A stretch of 64,000 nucleotides of DNA from an uncultured delta proteobacterium (GCA_963827685.1 CAWHBU010000006.1:320001-384000); one strand, 5' to 3'. Counted from the stretch's first letter, positions 7,107 to 17,404 are shown. Numbers and translations are program-made. The notes: a model not told the origin generated them from the letters alone.

Positions 7107-8750
7107 TCAACTCACCTGGTAAACGGGTAGAACAATTTCGGCCTTTGTCCCCTTCCCAGGCTCTGAGGTGAAGGTGAACGTACCTCCGTGCTCTTTGACA
7201 ATTCTTGAGGAAATGGATAAACCCAATCCAAGACCTCCTGCATCGGACTTAGTCGTATAAAAAGGGTCTGTAATATGCGGTAAGATTTCAGAGGGTATTC
7301 CAATACCCTCATCTTCCACCTTGACGACAATGACTCGCCTCTTTTCATCATAGAACGTTGACACAAGAATACTTTTTCGTGTATCTCGGAGTGCTTGGCA
7401 AGCATTTTGGATCAAATTGATGATGACCTGCTCGAGCCGTTGGAAATTACCTTTTAATAAAGGTAAATGATTGCCATATTCGATTGAAAAATGATTGGTA
7501 GACTTCATGATCATGTTGGAGAGAAGGGTCACGGCAGACTTTAAAACAGCGTTCACATCCACCGACTGGGACATGTCCGAGGTGTCCCTTCTTACAAAGG
7601 CTCTCAAATTCTCGACAATTTGCTTGATCCGTTTCGACCCATCCAATATCCCTGAAAACAGGGCTGGGATATTCTCACACATCTCTGTATAGCTCATGCC
7701 TCCAATGATAAAATCGCCATTCTTCTCATAGTATTCGTCAAGGATTGGCATGATACTCTTCCATGCCTCCGATAAGAGTGGAGTATTCAACATAATAAAA
7801 TTATTTGGATTGTTAATCTCGTGAGCGACACTCGAAACCAGCGTTCCTAAGGCAACCATCTTACCCGCCTGCATAAGCTGTTGCTGATGTATTTTGGCTT
7901 GTTCCTCAATTTGCTTACGATCGGTTACGTCGCGCGCAATACCCCGAAATCCAATGGGCTGATTTTTTGAATCATGGATCAGTGAGGCAGAGGCCTCAAT
8001 GAATCTCTTTGTACCGTCTTTCCTGATCATTTCCCAATCAAATGGATTGGCGGGTTCCCCCGTTCGATAAACCTCGCTAAAAACTTGAAGCACTTTCTTG
8101 GCAGCCTCCTCGGTCATAAACTGTCGGTTATTCATGCCCATCAATTCTTCTTTAGAATATCCAGAAAATCTGGCCAAGGCATCATTGAAGAAGGCCAGAT
8201 TCCCAGCGAGATCCACCTCATAATATCCCTCCTCAATGCTGTAAAGAGTGGTTCGATACTTTTCCTCACTTTCCCGCAATATCGCTTCTGCCTTTTTGCG
8301 TTCAGTGATATCGCGTCCAACGCCATAAAATCCAGTAGGCCGACCTTTGGAATCGCGCCTTAGTGAAACCGAGGTCTCAAGAATTCTCTTTGTGCTGTCT
8401 TTTCTGACCAATTCCCAGTCGAAGGCTTTGGTAGGGATACCCGTTCGGTAAACCTCTTTGAAAGTTTGGTAAACCTTCTTGGATGTCTCATCATCCATAT
8501 ACTGCCGATTATTCATGCCAATCAATTCATCTTTCGAATACCCGAGAATCTTGCTCATGGAGTCATTGGAAATGATCAGATTTCCGGCGAGATCAACCTC
8601 GTAATAGAGTTCCTCTATGCTTTCGAGAATGGCACGGTATTTCTCCTCACTTTCCCGCAGCACATCTTGAACCTGCCTGAGCTGGCCCGATCTTTTTCTC
8701 AAACGCTCAACCGGTTTTTTTGCCTTGCTATCGGGTAATCTTTTGCTCAT
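7107..8750 (-). CDS. PAS-PAS sensor histidine kinase
   Basis: Two PAS/PAC repeats, AHEINNP, NLIQNA, DEGIGI, GLGLGL. Confidence 0.95.
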   Translation of the reverse strand: MSKRLPDSKAKKPVERLRKRSGQLRQVQDVLRESEEKYRAILESIEELYYEVDLAGNLIISNDSMSKILGYSKDELIGMNNRQYMDDETSKKVYQTFKEVYRTGIPTKAFDWELVRKDSTKRILETSVSLRRDSKGRPTGFYGVGRDITERKKAEAILRESEEKYRTTLYSIEEGYYEVDLAGNLAFFNDALARFSGYSKEELMGMNNRQFMTEEAAKKVLQVFSEVYRTGEPANPFDWEMIRKDGTKRFIEASASLIHDSKNQPIGFRGIARDVTDRKQIEEQAKIHQQQLMQAGKMVALGTLVSSVAHEINNPNNFIMLNTPLLSEAWKSIMPILDEYYEKNGDFIIGGMSYTEMCENIPALFSGILDGSKRIKQIVENLRAFVRRDTSDMSQSVDVNAVLKSAVTLLSNMIMKSTNHFSIEYGNHLPLLKGNFQRLEQVIINLIQNACQALRDTRKSILVSTFYDEKRRVIVVKVEDEGIGIPSEILPHITDPFYTTKSDAGGLGLGLSISSRIVKEHGGTFTFTSEPGKGTKAEIVLPVYQVS

Positions 8751-8956
8751 GGGAATTCCTGTTTTGGAAGATAAAATAAAAAAGGCTCCCTACATGTGTA
8801 TCATGGATACAATGCATGGAGCCTTCATCATTTCCCCCGGGGTTATTTCCTTAAATCTTAAACGGTTTAGAGCGGTGGAACTTTTATCACACCAAAGCCA
8901 TAAGATTTCATGGAAGATACTATATGAAGCATCTATTTGTTGTCAAGTTGAGGAGA

Positions 8957-10018
8957 TCAACGTCTTTTGCGGGAGGGGAGGGAGAGTTGCCTTCCCTCTT
9001 CGGAGTCGGAGATTCCGAAATGCTGGTAGGCCAATTCTGTGGCCTTCCTCCCGTTCTGCATTCTTGCCACAAAACCGATCTTGAGGAGAAAGGGTTCGAT
9101 CATATCGACCAATGTATCCGATTCTTCTTGTAATGTCGCTGCGATCGCCTCAAGACCCACAGGCCCCCCTTTGTAATACCGGATGATAGTTTCCAGGAAC
9201 CTTCGGTCAAGGCTTGTCAAACCGATTTCATCCACTCCTTCCAAACGCAGTGCCTCATCGGCAATGGCTTTGTCGATCTTCCCTTGCCCACGGATCTCGG
9301 CAAAATCCCTGACCCTTTTCAGAAGCCGGTTCGAAATTCTCGGCGTGCCTCTCGACCGCTTGGCAATTTCCTCTGTCCCTCCTTCATCAATGGGAACTCT
9401 TAAGAGGGCTGCCGACCGCCTGACCACCTGGCAGAGTTCTTCGACGGAATAGAAATCGAGGTTCCTCAATATTCCAAAGCGCTCCCGAAGAGGTGCGGAA
9501 AGGAGCCCGGCACGTGTAGTCGCACCCACAAAGGTGAACCGTTCCAACCGATACCGATGGCTTCTCGCATGAGCCCCTTTATCAAAAATGAAATCAATGC
9601 AAAAATCTTCCATGGCCGGGTAAAGGAATTCTTCTACCACCTTGGGAAGACGGTGCACCTCATCGATAAACAGGACATCTCCCCTCTCCAGATGGGTGAG
9701 GATGCTGATCAGGTCGCCTCCTTTTTCGATGGCAGGCCCGGAGGAGGTGACAATGCGGACTCCCAATTCTGTGGCAATGATATGGGCAAGGGTGGTTTTT
9801 CCCAATCCGGGCGGGGAATGAAAAAGGATGTGATCCAGAGGCTCTCCACGTTTTTTAGCTGCCTGGATCGCAATCTCCAGGGTCTCCACCACCTGTTTTT
9901 GACCGATATATTCGGAAAGCTTCCGGGGCCTCAGGTCAAGATAATCTTCAACTTCGGGTTGGATTCCTTCAGCTTCTACCTTTGGATCAGGTCGTCTGCT
10001 CTCTTCGGATTCCTTCAT
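8957..10018 (-). CDS. ruvB: Holliday junction helicase RuvB
   Basis: [30 protein letters not shown]; RBS before ATG 10018. Confidence 0.97.
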   Translation of the reverse strand: MKESEESRRPDPKVEAEGIQPEVEDYLDLRPRKLSEYIGQKQVVETLEIAIQAAKKRGEPLDHILFHSPPGLGKTTLAHIIATELGVRIVTSSGPAIEKGGDLISILTHLERGDVLFIDEVHRLPKVVEEFLYPAMEDFCIDFIFDKGAHARSHRYRLERFTFVGATTRAGLLSAPLRERFGILRNLDFYSVEELCQVVRRSAALLRVPIDEGGTEEIAKRSRGTPRISNRLLKRVRDFAEIRGQGKIDKAIADEALRLEGVDEIGLTSLDRRFLETIIRYYKGGPVGLEAIAATLQEESDTLVDMIEPFLLKIGFVARMQNGRKATELAYQHFGISDSEEGRQLSLPSRKRR

Positions 10019-10049
10019 ATATTCCTCTTCATGAGAAAGATAAAAAATC

Positions 10050-10138
10050 CTTAATCCCCCTTGCCCCCCCTTAACAAAGGGGGTACGACTCGAAACCGAG
10101 GGGAGGTTGCCTGCCTGCCGGCAGGCAGGGGGGGATTT
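10050..10138. repeat. REP-like composite palindrome
   Basis: CCCCCCTTAACAAAGGGGGG hairpin plus CCTGCCTGCCGGCAGGCAGG; relatives at 17452-17545, 19080-19312, 39666-39720, 42521-42558, 57677-57724. Confidence 0.7.
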
Positions 10139-10145
10139 GAACGGT

Positions 10146-10778
10146 CTATGGTGAAATCTCCTTTTGTCCTCGATACACCTCTTCAAACAATTCTTCAGGG
10201 GTAGAAATATTCGGGTTTCTGAGCATTGCCTCTTTGACCAAACGTTGTGCTTCGCTTAACTTATGGCCAAGGTCCTTTACCAAAACTTCCTCCACCTGTT
10301 TCTTAAAGTCCACGACCTCCACATCAAGTGGAATTTGATCCTCCCTCATCAGCGCAAATTTACCAACTTTTCCTTGAAGGGTAGCAATAATCTTATCCGC
10401 TGTCCTTTTCCCAACTCCCTTCAGGCTTTCGAGGGTTTTCGCATCCCTTTCCTCTATCGCCTTGGCAATCTTTGGGACGGGCATCATCAAGGCCTTCACC
10501 GCCGTCGGGGGACCGATATCTTCCACCGTAATGAATTTCTCAAAGAATTCTTTCTCCGGCTCGAAATTAAAACCGATGAGAAGAGGCTTGGGTTGCCGTT
10601 CGGTCTGGTGGTAATAAATATAAAGTCTGACGATCTCTCCATCCTCCCCTGCTCTCTTCGGACTGAAGGTCTGCCGAACAATCGCAGGAAGGAGAATTTC
10701 ATACCCCACCCCATTCGCTAAAACGACAATCCTATCCTCTTCTTTCTTGAGCAACTTTCCTTCGATATAGCGGATCAT
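10146..10778 (-). CDS. ruvA: Holliday junction protein RuvA
   Basis: MIRYIEG...NGVGYEI, HhH motifs (DIGPPTA, GVGKRTA), synteny. Confidence 0.93.
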   Translation of the reverse strand: MIRYIEGKLLKKEEDRIVVLANGVGYEILLPAIVRQTFSPKRAGEDGEIVRLYIYYHQTERQPKPLLIGFNFEPEKEFFEKFITVEDIGPPTAVKALMMPVPKIAKAIEERDAKTLESLKGVGKRTADKIIATLQGKVGKFALMREDQIPLDVEVVDFKKQVEEVLVKDLGHKLSEAQRLVKEAMLRNPNISTPEELFEEVYRGQKEISP

Positions 10779-10938
10779 TTCTCTGCCTACGCGAATTCCG
10801 TCTTACGCTTTGTTATCCTTTCATTTCCTTAGATATAGCCACCCACAAAAATCCCAAATTCCAATATCCAAATCCCAAACAAATCCGAAATTCCAATTTC
10901 GAAATTCTAAACGATTATCTATTTTAGAAATTGGTATT

Positions 10939-11991
10939 CGCCAGTTCAATAATGAAGTGCAACACTTAGGGTGACGTAGTATCCTAAGTGTATGGAAAAG
11001 CTAAACTATCAACATCTCTCCAGTGAAGAGAGAGACAAAATTGCATATCTTCACGCACGAGGTAAAAGCATCTCGGAGATAGCCGAGAGTATCGGGCGAA
11101 ACAAAGGTTCCATTTCACGAGAACTCAAGCGTAACCGATCGCCCATCTACAACGTTTACTTGGCCAATAGGGCCCATGAAAGAGCCGTTAAACGAAAACA
11201 TGAATCCGTCCAACGACAGCGAATACGCAATCCTTTGATCCGTAGGTATATCATGAAAAAGCTCAAGCTCAAATGGTCTCCCGAACTGATTTCAGGAAGA
11301 CTTTCTTTAGAATATCCAGACCTTCGTATCAGCCATGAGGCCATTTATCAATTCATCTATGATAAATCGATCCCTACGAAGCAGAACCTGGTGCCCTATC
11401 TGACTCGGGCTCACAAGCGCCGTAGACTCCGTACCCATTCGCACCGGCATAAGACACTCCATATTCCACGACGGATCTCCATCAAAGAGCGTCCCCTGGA
11501 GGTCCAAACCCGGATCCAACCCGGCCATTGGGAAGCTGATACGTTAATCTCCCGAACAAGTAAGGCCGCTTTAGCGGTAGCCCTTGAGAGAACCAGTAGA
11601 CACCTGCACTTGGCCAAATTGCCTGCCAAGACCTCACAGAACTTGCGATGTGCCCTCACTCGCAGACTCAGCCGTTACCCCCAACCCCTTCTCCGCTCTA
11701 TCACCTATGATAATGGTTGCGAAAACGTGGAGCATGAGTATACTAACAAGGTGTTGGGAACCCAATCCTACTTCTGTGAACCCTTCCATAGTTGGGAAAA
11801 GACTTCTATCGAAAATGCCATCGGGCTGATCCGACGCTTCTTCCCCAAGAAGACGGATTTTAATCTGGTTCCCAAAGAACAAGTCAAACGCGTCGAAACT
11901 TTACTTAATACGAGGCCACGAAAATGCCTCAATTATCGAACGCCCAATGAAGTTTTGGGCTCATGTGTTGCACTTCACTGTTGAATGCAGC
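10939..11991 (+). mobile_element. IS30-family insertion sequence
   Basis: IR cores TTCAATAATGAAGTGCAACAC / GTGTTGCACTTCACTGTTGAA; probable 3-bp duplication ATT. Confidence 0.88.
10992..11984 (+). CDS. IS30-family transposase
   Basis: WSPELI, GHWEADT, SITYDNGCE, ENAIGLIRRFFPK. Confidence 0.95.
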   Translation: MEKLNYQHLSSEERDKIAYLHARGKSISEIAESIGRNKGSISRELKRNRSPIYNVYLANRAHERAVKRKHESVQRQRIRNPLIRRYIMKKLKLKWSPELISGRLSLEYPDLRISHEAIYQFIYDKSIPTKQNLVPYLTRAHKRRRLRTHSHRHKTLHIPRRISIKERPLEVQTRIQPGHWEADTLISRTSKAALAVALERTSRHLHLAKLPAKTSQNLRCALTRRLSRYPQPLLRSITYDNGCENVEHEYTNKVLGTQSYFCEPFHSWEKTSIENAIGLIRRFFPKKTDFNLVPKEQVKRVETLLNTRPRKCLNYRTPNEVLGSCVALHC

Positions 11992-12120
11992 ATTTTGGTC
12001 ATTGGTGCTTATTTGAAATTTGGTGCTTTGAATTTGGGATTTCCCTGTTTCTCTTACTCCAATCAATATTACATTAGATTCATCGTCTAACAATATATTT
12101 AATATACCGCGAAACAGGGC

Positions 12121-12606
12121 TTACCAATGAAAATTTTCATTTCTGGAAAGGCCGGTCAAGGCCAGGGCCAGAGCATCCCCTGCGTGGCTTGAGCTGAGGG
12201 GATTCTCGATCCTGAGAATTTGGCGGATCGCCTTCTTCATCTGTTCCTTATCGGCCCGACCGCTTCCGGTCAATGCACTCTTCACCTCCGTTGGTCTCAG
12301 TTCGACCACAGGAATGTCCATTTCTTGAGCCGCAAGGTAGATCACCCCCCTCACTTCACCCAATTGAATGGCTGCCTTAGGAAATTGTTTCAAGACAAAG
12401 ACCTCTTCTAAGGCAAGAAGGTCGGGGCTCCATTTTTCGAGAAGTCCTTTGAGCTCATCATAGATGGTTTTTAAACGAAGGGGAATAGGACAATTTGCTT
12501 CGGTTCGAATGGTTCCCCAATCACAGGCTTTCCCTCCCCGGGGAAGAGCCTCCACGACCCCAAACCCTGTCATCGCTAAACCCGGATCGATTCCAATCGC
12601 CTTCAC
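12121..12606 (-). CDS. ruvC: Holliday junction resolvase RuvC
   Basis: IGIDPG..TGFGV, LEEVF, GSGRADKEQM, DALALA; GTG start. Confidence 0.95.
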   Translation of the reverse strand: MKAIGIDPGLAMTGFGVVEALPRGGKACDWGTIRTEANCPIPLRLKTIYDELKGLLEKWSPDLLALEEVFVLKQFPKAAIQLGEVRGVIYLAAQEMDIPVVELRPTEVKSALTGSGRADKEQMKKAIRQILRIENPLSSSHAGDALALALTGLSRNENFHW

Positions 12607-12713
12607 CAAAAGATTTCTCCAGATGTGAAAAAGCCACCCAATCACTTTCCTTATAGAAGGGGTGGCTTCTAACTTAACTGAAACAGAGATGTTTATCTGA
12701 TAGTTGCATAAGA

Positions 12714-12903
12714 AACGTTGCCAGAGACAGGTGGGTGTGCTGGAAAAACTTTATAGCGGCACTTTTGACCATTTAGCTGCACTGTTATCAGATATTTTGC
12801 AGAAGTCACCATAGGTGAGATCGCATCTTACCTATAAAACTTATAAAAGAACCGCATTATAAAGTTTTGGAAGCACACTCACCTGCCGATTGAATGCAAC
12901 GTT
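12714..12903 (+). ncRNA. Unnamed structured motif, copy A
   Basis: Nested stems and conserved linkers shared with copies at 24105 and 25557. Confidence 0.6.
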
Positions 12904-12908
12904 AAGGT

Positions 12909-13658
12909 TTATGCACTGAGCCGTTCCATCTCCTCTTCGGCAATATCGAAATTGCCGTAGACTTTTGTGACGTCATCAGAATCTTCAAGCCCTTCCATTA
13001 ACTTCAGCATCTGTTCCGCCTCTTTTCCACTCAAACGAACAGTGCTTTGGGGAACCATGGTTACCTCAGCATAGCTGTGTTTGAACCCAGCTGCCTCAAC
13101 TGCCTTTTTCACTTCTTCAAAACTCGCTGGGTCGGTCGTTACTTCAAATTCCTTACCTGAATCCTTCACATCGAGGGCCCCCGCATCCAATGCTACTTCA
13201 ATCAGACGATCCTCATCGACTCCGCTTTTTTCGATGACGATCAACCCCTTTTTTCCAAACATCCAGGAGACGCAACCATTCTCACCAAGGCTACCATTAT
13301 ATTTGGAGAAGACATGTCTGACATCGGCAACGGTCCGATTTTTGTTATCCGTCACCACTTCCAGCATCATGGCCACGCCACCCGGTCCGTAACCCTCGTA
13401 CGTCAGCTCTTCGTAATTGACCCCTTCCAGTTCTCCGGTCCCCTTCTTGATCGCCCTTTCAATATTATCCTTCGGCATGTTCTCTGCTTTGGCTGCGAGA
13501 ACGGCAGTCCGGAGCCTCGGATTGGTATTGATATCCCCTCCCCCAAAGCGGGCGGCAACCATAATCTCTTTGATGATTTTAGTAAAGGCTTTCCCCCGTT
13601 TGGCATCGGCTGCGCCTTTTTTTCGCTTAATCGTACTCCACTTCGAATGTCCGGACAT
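12909..13658 (-). CDS. yebC: YebC/PmpR family protein
   Basis: MSGHSKW...YEGYGPGG...TDNKNRT; synteny with ruvCAB. Confidence 0.96.
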   Translation of the reverse strand: MSGHSKWSTIKRKKGAADAKRGKAFTKIIKEIMVAARFGGGDINTNPRLRTAVLAAKAENMPKDNIERAIKKGTGELEGVNYEELTYEGYGPGGVAMMLEVVTDNKNRTVADVRHVFSKYNGSLGENGCVSWMFGKKGLIVIEKSGVDEDRLIEVALDAGALDVKDSGKEFEVTTDPASFEEVKKAVEAAGFKHSYAEVTMVPQSTVRLSGKEAEQMLKLMEGLEDSDDVTKVYGNFDIAEEEMERLSA

Positions 13659-13745
13659 CGTTCTTTCCCGTGGGTGGAAAGTGGAAGGTGGCATGTAAAA
13701 TCTTCAAAACCACATTCTGCCTTCTACTTTCCACTTTCTAAAATA

Positions 13746-13820
13746 TGGTGGGCGCTAGAGGATTTGAACCTCTGACTTCCTGCGTGTGAAGCAGGCGTTC
13801 TCCCCCTGAACTAAGCGCCC
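13746..13820 (-). tRNA. tRNA-Val(CAC)
   Basis: GGGCGCT...TTCACAC loop...GGTTCAAATCC...AGCGCCCACCA. Confidence 0.95.
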
Positions 13821-13916
13821 GGTACAAGACCTATTTTATAAGACCTTTCTGAAAAGTCAACCCTCTCCCCCTCATTCTACCAGAGCCGGAAGGACTGTCA
13901 ACGGTTTTTATCCCTC

Positions 13917-15457
13917 TGTGTTAGCAAAGTAGAAATGTCCCCATTAACTGCTTAAGTTAAAATGTCCCCATGGAACAGGAGAAGATACTCATGGGGCAGA
14001 GGGAGTTAAAGAGGTGGCATCTGATGGAGATCGTAAAGGTAGGGAAGATCACCTTGAGGGAGGCTGGAGAGAGGATAGGTGTGTCCTACCGTCAGGCGAA
14101 GCGGATTGGGCAAGCGATCCGGGAGAGAGGGATCAAAGCCTTGGTGCATGGTAACAGGGGACGACCTTCGAACCACCGGCTCAAGGAGTCCTTACGAGAA
14201 AGGGTATTAAAGCTGTCGGAAGAGGTTTACTGGGACTTTAACGATACCCATTTTACGGAGAAACTTCGGGAGTGCGAAGGGATCGATTTGAATCGAGAGA
14301 CGGTGAGGAAGTTACGGCGGGAGGCGGGGATGGCACCCAAGCGCAGGCGTCGGGGACCTAAGCATCGAAAGCGACGGGAGCGAATGGCTCAAGAAGGATG
14401 GATGGTCCTCTGGGATGGGAGTCCCCACCCCTGGTTTGGCCGAGACCTTCCACCTTGCTGTCTGATGGCTGCCATCGATGATGCGACCGGGAAACTGCTG
14501 GCCGCCCGTTTCTTTCCCTTTGAAGGTTCCGCAGGCTATTTCTGGCTTCTTAAAGAGATGATTAAAAAATATGGAATCCCAATGATGATCTATCAGGATC
14601 GCCACGGGTCGTTGCATCGGAATGACCCTCACTGGAGCTTGGAAGAGCAACTCGCTGGCCGACAGGAACCGACTCAAGTCGGATTAGCTCTCGAAGCCTT
14701 GGGGATTGAGCCGATCTCGGCTCTTTCTCCTCAGGCCAAAGGAAGGATAGAAAAACTCTTTGCCACCCTGCAGGATCGTCTGGGAGCAGAACTCCGTTTA
14801 AAAGAAATTGTAACGATGGAAGAGGCCAATCGCTTTTTACAATCAACCTTTTTAAAAGACTTTAACCGTCGCTTTGCCGTCAGACCCAGAGAATCCCAAA
14901 AAGCCTGGAGAGAAGTCCCAAACCATCTGGACCTGGATCGAATCATCAGCTTTCGCTATACGGCTACGGTCGGCAACGATAATACGGCTCGGCTGGGAGG
15001 ATTGGTTCTCGATATTCCCCCTGGCCCTCAAAGAAGATCCTATGCGAAGCTCAAGGTGGAAGCTCGGCAGCTTCTCAACGGATCTTGGAGAATCTACGCT
15101 CAAGATCAGTTGATTGCGAAACATCCTCCTACTTCCCTCCGGGAACCGGTGAGAGCTCTTCCCCGAAAGAAACACCATGCAAAAGGAGTTAAAGATTACC
15201 ACTGGGTCTATCTCGCTTCAGCACCCTCCAGGGAAGGTGACCCTTACCCCCTGCTCATCGAACATCGTTGATTGTAGCGCAACCTGGCGATTCACATTTC
15301 GCTTGTTGCCCATTAATAGGGATCTCTTATGAGAGCTCACTTAAAAAAAAGAAACTCAAATTGAAGTTCATCCACTCACTCAAGGGTCAAGATCAAAACC
15401 CTTGGAGGGGACATTTTCACGTTGCAGTTAAGGGGACATATTGACTTCGCTTAAACA
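13917..15457 (+). mobile_element. ISNCY / IS1202-like element, copy 1
   Basis: TGT...ACA ends with repeated AAATGTCCCC; 15-bp duplication CGGTTTTTATCCCTC (13902-13916, 15458-15472). Confidence 0.92.
13970..15271 (+). CDS. ISNCY/IS1202-like DDE transposase
   Basis: WDGSPH, IDDATG, YQDRH, PQAKGRIE; identical protein at 61889. Confidence 0.93.
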   Translation: MEQEKILMGQRELKRWHLMEIVKVGKITLREAGERIGVSYRQAKRIGQAIRERGIKALVHGNRGRPSNHRLKESLRERVLKLSEEVYWDFNDTHFTEKLRECEGIDLNRETVRKLRREAGMAPKRRRRGPKHRKRRERMAQEGWMVLWDGSPHPWFGRDLPPCCLMAAIDDATGKLLAARFFPFEGSAGYFWLLKEMIKKYGIPMMIYQDRHGSLHRNDPHWSLEEQLAGRQEPTQVGLALEALGIEPISALSPQAKGRIEKLFATLQDRLGAELRLKEIVTMEEANRFLQSTFLKDFNRRFAVRPRESQKAWREVPNHLDLDRIISFRYTATVGNDNTARLGGLVLDIPPGPQRRSYAKLKVEARQLLNGSWRIYAQDQLIAKHPPTSLREPVRALPRKKHHAKGVKDYHWVYLASAPSREGDPYPLLIEHR

Positions 15458-15512
15458 CGGTTTTTATCCCTCCCAAATCCCGATTTAGAAAAGAAAACCC
15501 TCTTACCGTCAT

Positions 15513-15587
15513 GTCATTGCGAGCACCTAAAAGGTGCGTGGCAATCTCTCGGAAAGAGCGAGACTGCTTCGTTCCACTCGCAGCGAC
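15513..15587. repeat. GTCATTGCGAG-type REP-like palindrome
   Basis: GTCATTGCGAG...GCAATCTC...GAGACTGCTTCG...CTCGCAGCGAC. Confidence 0.65.
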
Positions 15588-15726
15588 GGTTCCGTAACCC
15601 GGGACTTGGGGACCGCTTATTCACCGCTCTGAGACGGCTCTATGAACCCTTGAGGGCTAAAGATTTTCAGGTGACCTTCCCCCGAGTTGATGGACACACC
15701 TGAGAATTTGTATCATTGGACAGGAG

Positions 15727-16029
15727 GTGCGTATGGGGGAAAAGAATCGTCATTTCAGCCGTGAGTTCAAACGAGATGCAGTGCAGTTGGTCACAGAGAA
15801 AGGGATGCCGGTAGGCAAGGTGGCCCGAGAGCTTGATATCCATCCCAATCTTCTTCATCTATGGAGGAGGAGGTTCTTAGCTAAAGGGGATAAAGCCTTC
15901 GTAGGGAAGGGCCGTGTAACGCCAGAGGAAGCGGAAATAAAGGGGCTCCGGAAGGAATTAGAAAAGGTGAAGGAAGAGAGGGACATTTTAAAAAAAGCCT
16001 TGGCCGTATTCTCCAAACGAAACAGATGA
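15727..16029 (+). CDS. IS3 transposase OrfA
   Basis: FSREFKRDAV HTH; ERDILKKA. Confidence 0.9.
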   Translation: MRMGEKNRHFSREFKRDAVQLVTEKGMPVGKVARELDIHPNLLHLWRRRFLAKGDKAFVGKGRVTPEEAEIKGLRKELEKVKEERDILKKALAVFSKRNR

Positions 16030-16883
16030 AGTATCGGTTGATAGAAGAGCACAGAGAGACCTACAAGATAAGGAGTATGAGTGAAGTGTTGAAGGTATCC
16101 AGAAGTGGTTATTATGCGTGGAAGACGCGTCAACCGAGCACACGTCAGAAAGACGATGAGGAGTTGCTGGGGCACATACGGGAGATCCACACTCAAAGCA
16201 GAAGGCTCTATGGGAGTCCGCGGATCGCAGCGGAGCTCAATAAGCAGGGTCTTAGATGTGGGAAGAACCGGGTAGCCAGGATCATGAAAGAGCACTCCAT
16301 ATGGGCAGAAGTGAAGAAAAAGAGATTCAGGCGGACTACCGATTCACGGCATCATTATGCCTTGGCTGCAAACTTACTGATTGACCAGAGGCAGACAGAG
16401 GGGGTATGGGCATCTGATATTACGTTTGTGCCCACTTCTGAGGGATGGCTCTATGTGGCAGCAGTGATGAATGTGAAAAGCAGAAAGATCATTGGGCTGT
16501 CCATGAGCGATAAGCTCTCTCAGGAGCTAGCTTCTGCTGCGCTCAGGGACGCGGTGGGCAGGCAAAGCCCCTCTGAAGGGTTGATCCACCATTCTGATCG
16601 AGGCAGGCAGTATGCAAGCTATGCCTATCAGGAGCTTTTAAGAGAATACGGCATGACTCCTAGTATGAGCAGAAGTGGCAATTGTTATGATAATGCCTAT
16701 GTGGAGTCTTTCTTTGGCACGCTCAAGACGGAGTTGGTCCATGGTGAGCGGTACCGTTCAAGGCTGGAGGCGAGGCTTAGTATTTTTGAGTACGTGGAAG
16801 TGTTTTATAATCGTCAGAGGAGTCATTCGGCATTAGGGTACAGGAGCCCAGAGCAGTATGAAAAGCTCCTTAATGAAACTTAA
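16026..16883 (+). CDS. IS3 transposase OrfB
   Basis: WASDITF, HHSDRGRQY, DNAYVESFF. Confidence 0.93.
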   Translation: MKYRLIEEHRETYKIRSMSEVLKVSRSGYYAWKTRQPSTRQKDDEELLGHIREIHTQSRRLYGSPRIAAELNKQGLRCGKNRVARIMKEHSIWAEVKKKRFRRTTDSRHHYALAANLLIDQRQTEGVWASDITFVPTSEGWLYVAAVMNVKSRKIIGLSMSDKLSQELASAALRDAVGRQSPSEGLIHHSDRGRQYASYAYQELLREYGMTPSMSRSGNCYDNAYVESFFGTLKTELVHGERYRSRLEARLSIFEYVEVFYNRQRSHSALGYRSPEQYEKLLNET

Positions 16884-17404
16884 CTATATGTCCACTTTTT
16901 CAGGGGAAGGTCAAGGAATAATTTTGTTATCCCATAACCCAACAGAGCTCCTGCAATGACATCGGTGGGATAATGAACGCCTAAGTAGATTCGAGTCCAT
17001 CCGATGAATGCCGCCACAATGAAAAAAACAACTCGGTATCGCGGAAATCGCTCAGCCAAGAGGGTCGCCATCATAAATGCAAAAGCGGTATGTGCACTCG
17101 GAAAACCGGGGTCGAGAATTTCTCCCGGACCTTTGGAGAGTTTGGAGGCCATCTCCAGAAACAAAAATGGTCTCTGACGTTGAATGAGAAATTTGAGGCT
17201 GTAGATGACTGCCGATTGGGTGCCGTAAAGAAGAACCAAACGGCGAAGAACTTTTCTCTGTCTGGTTATGATCCAACTGAGAATAATAAAGAGGATCACT
17301 GCGAAATGGCTTCCGAGATAGGTGATCCAGGGTATCACCTGATCCAAAACCGGCGTGCTCCACCATCCATTCGCCCACCTTATAAAATCTAATTCCCAAG
17401 CCAT
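16880..17404 (-). CDS. PAP2-family phosphatase, C-terminus replaced by IS3
   Basis: K.....RP, FPSAH, TRIYLGVHYPTDV. Confidence 0.88.
   Translation of the reverse strand: MAWELDFIRWANGWWSTPVLDQVIPWITYLGSHFAVILFIILSWIITRQRKVLRRLVLLYGTQSAVIYSLKFLIQRQRPFLFLEMASKLSKGPGEILDPGFPSAHTAFAFMMATLLAERFPRYRVVFFIVAAFIGWTRIYLGVHYPTDVIAGALLGYGITKLFLDLPLKKWTYS

Larger units (their letters stand above)
10847..12043. repeat. Heptamer-repeat inverted element split by IS30
   Basis: AAATCCC/AAATTCC/AAATCCG units on the left, complementary TTTGGTGC/TTTGGGATTT units on the right. Confidence 0.6.
15672..16913 (+). mobile_element. IS3-family insertion sequence
   Basis: TGACCTTCCCC / GGGGAAGGTCA ends, AGG duplication, A7G slippery site near 15990. 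Confidence 0.93.

Noticed and set aside
8862-8890. GTTTAGAGCGGTGGAACTTTTATC resembling motif copy C
   Set aside because: No complementary 3' half or TTGGAAG; may be chance
10019-10186. N-terminal extension of RuvB (PPACRQAG)
   Set aside because: Translation through a REP-like palindrome; RBS supports ATG 10018
10847-10937. Short repeats as possible CRISPR
   Set aside because: 7-bp degenerate units without spacers; no cas genes; no CRISPR array seen in the window
12714-12903. Motif as T-box, cobalamin or c-di-GMP riboswitch, or 6S RNA
   Set aside because: Hallmark sequences not found by eye, and G-U polarity favours the antisense strand
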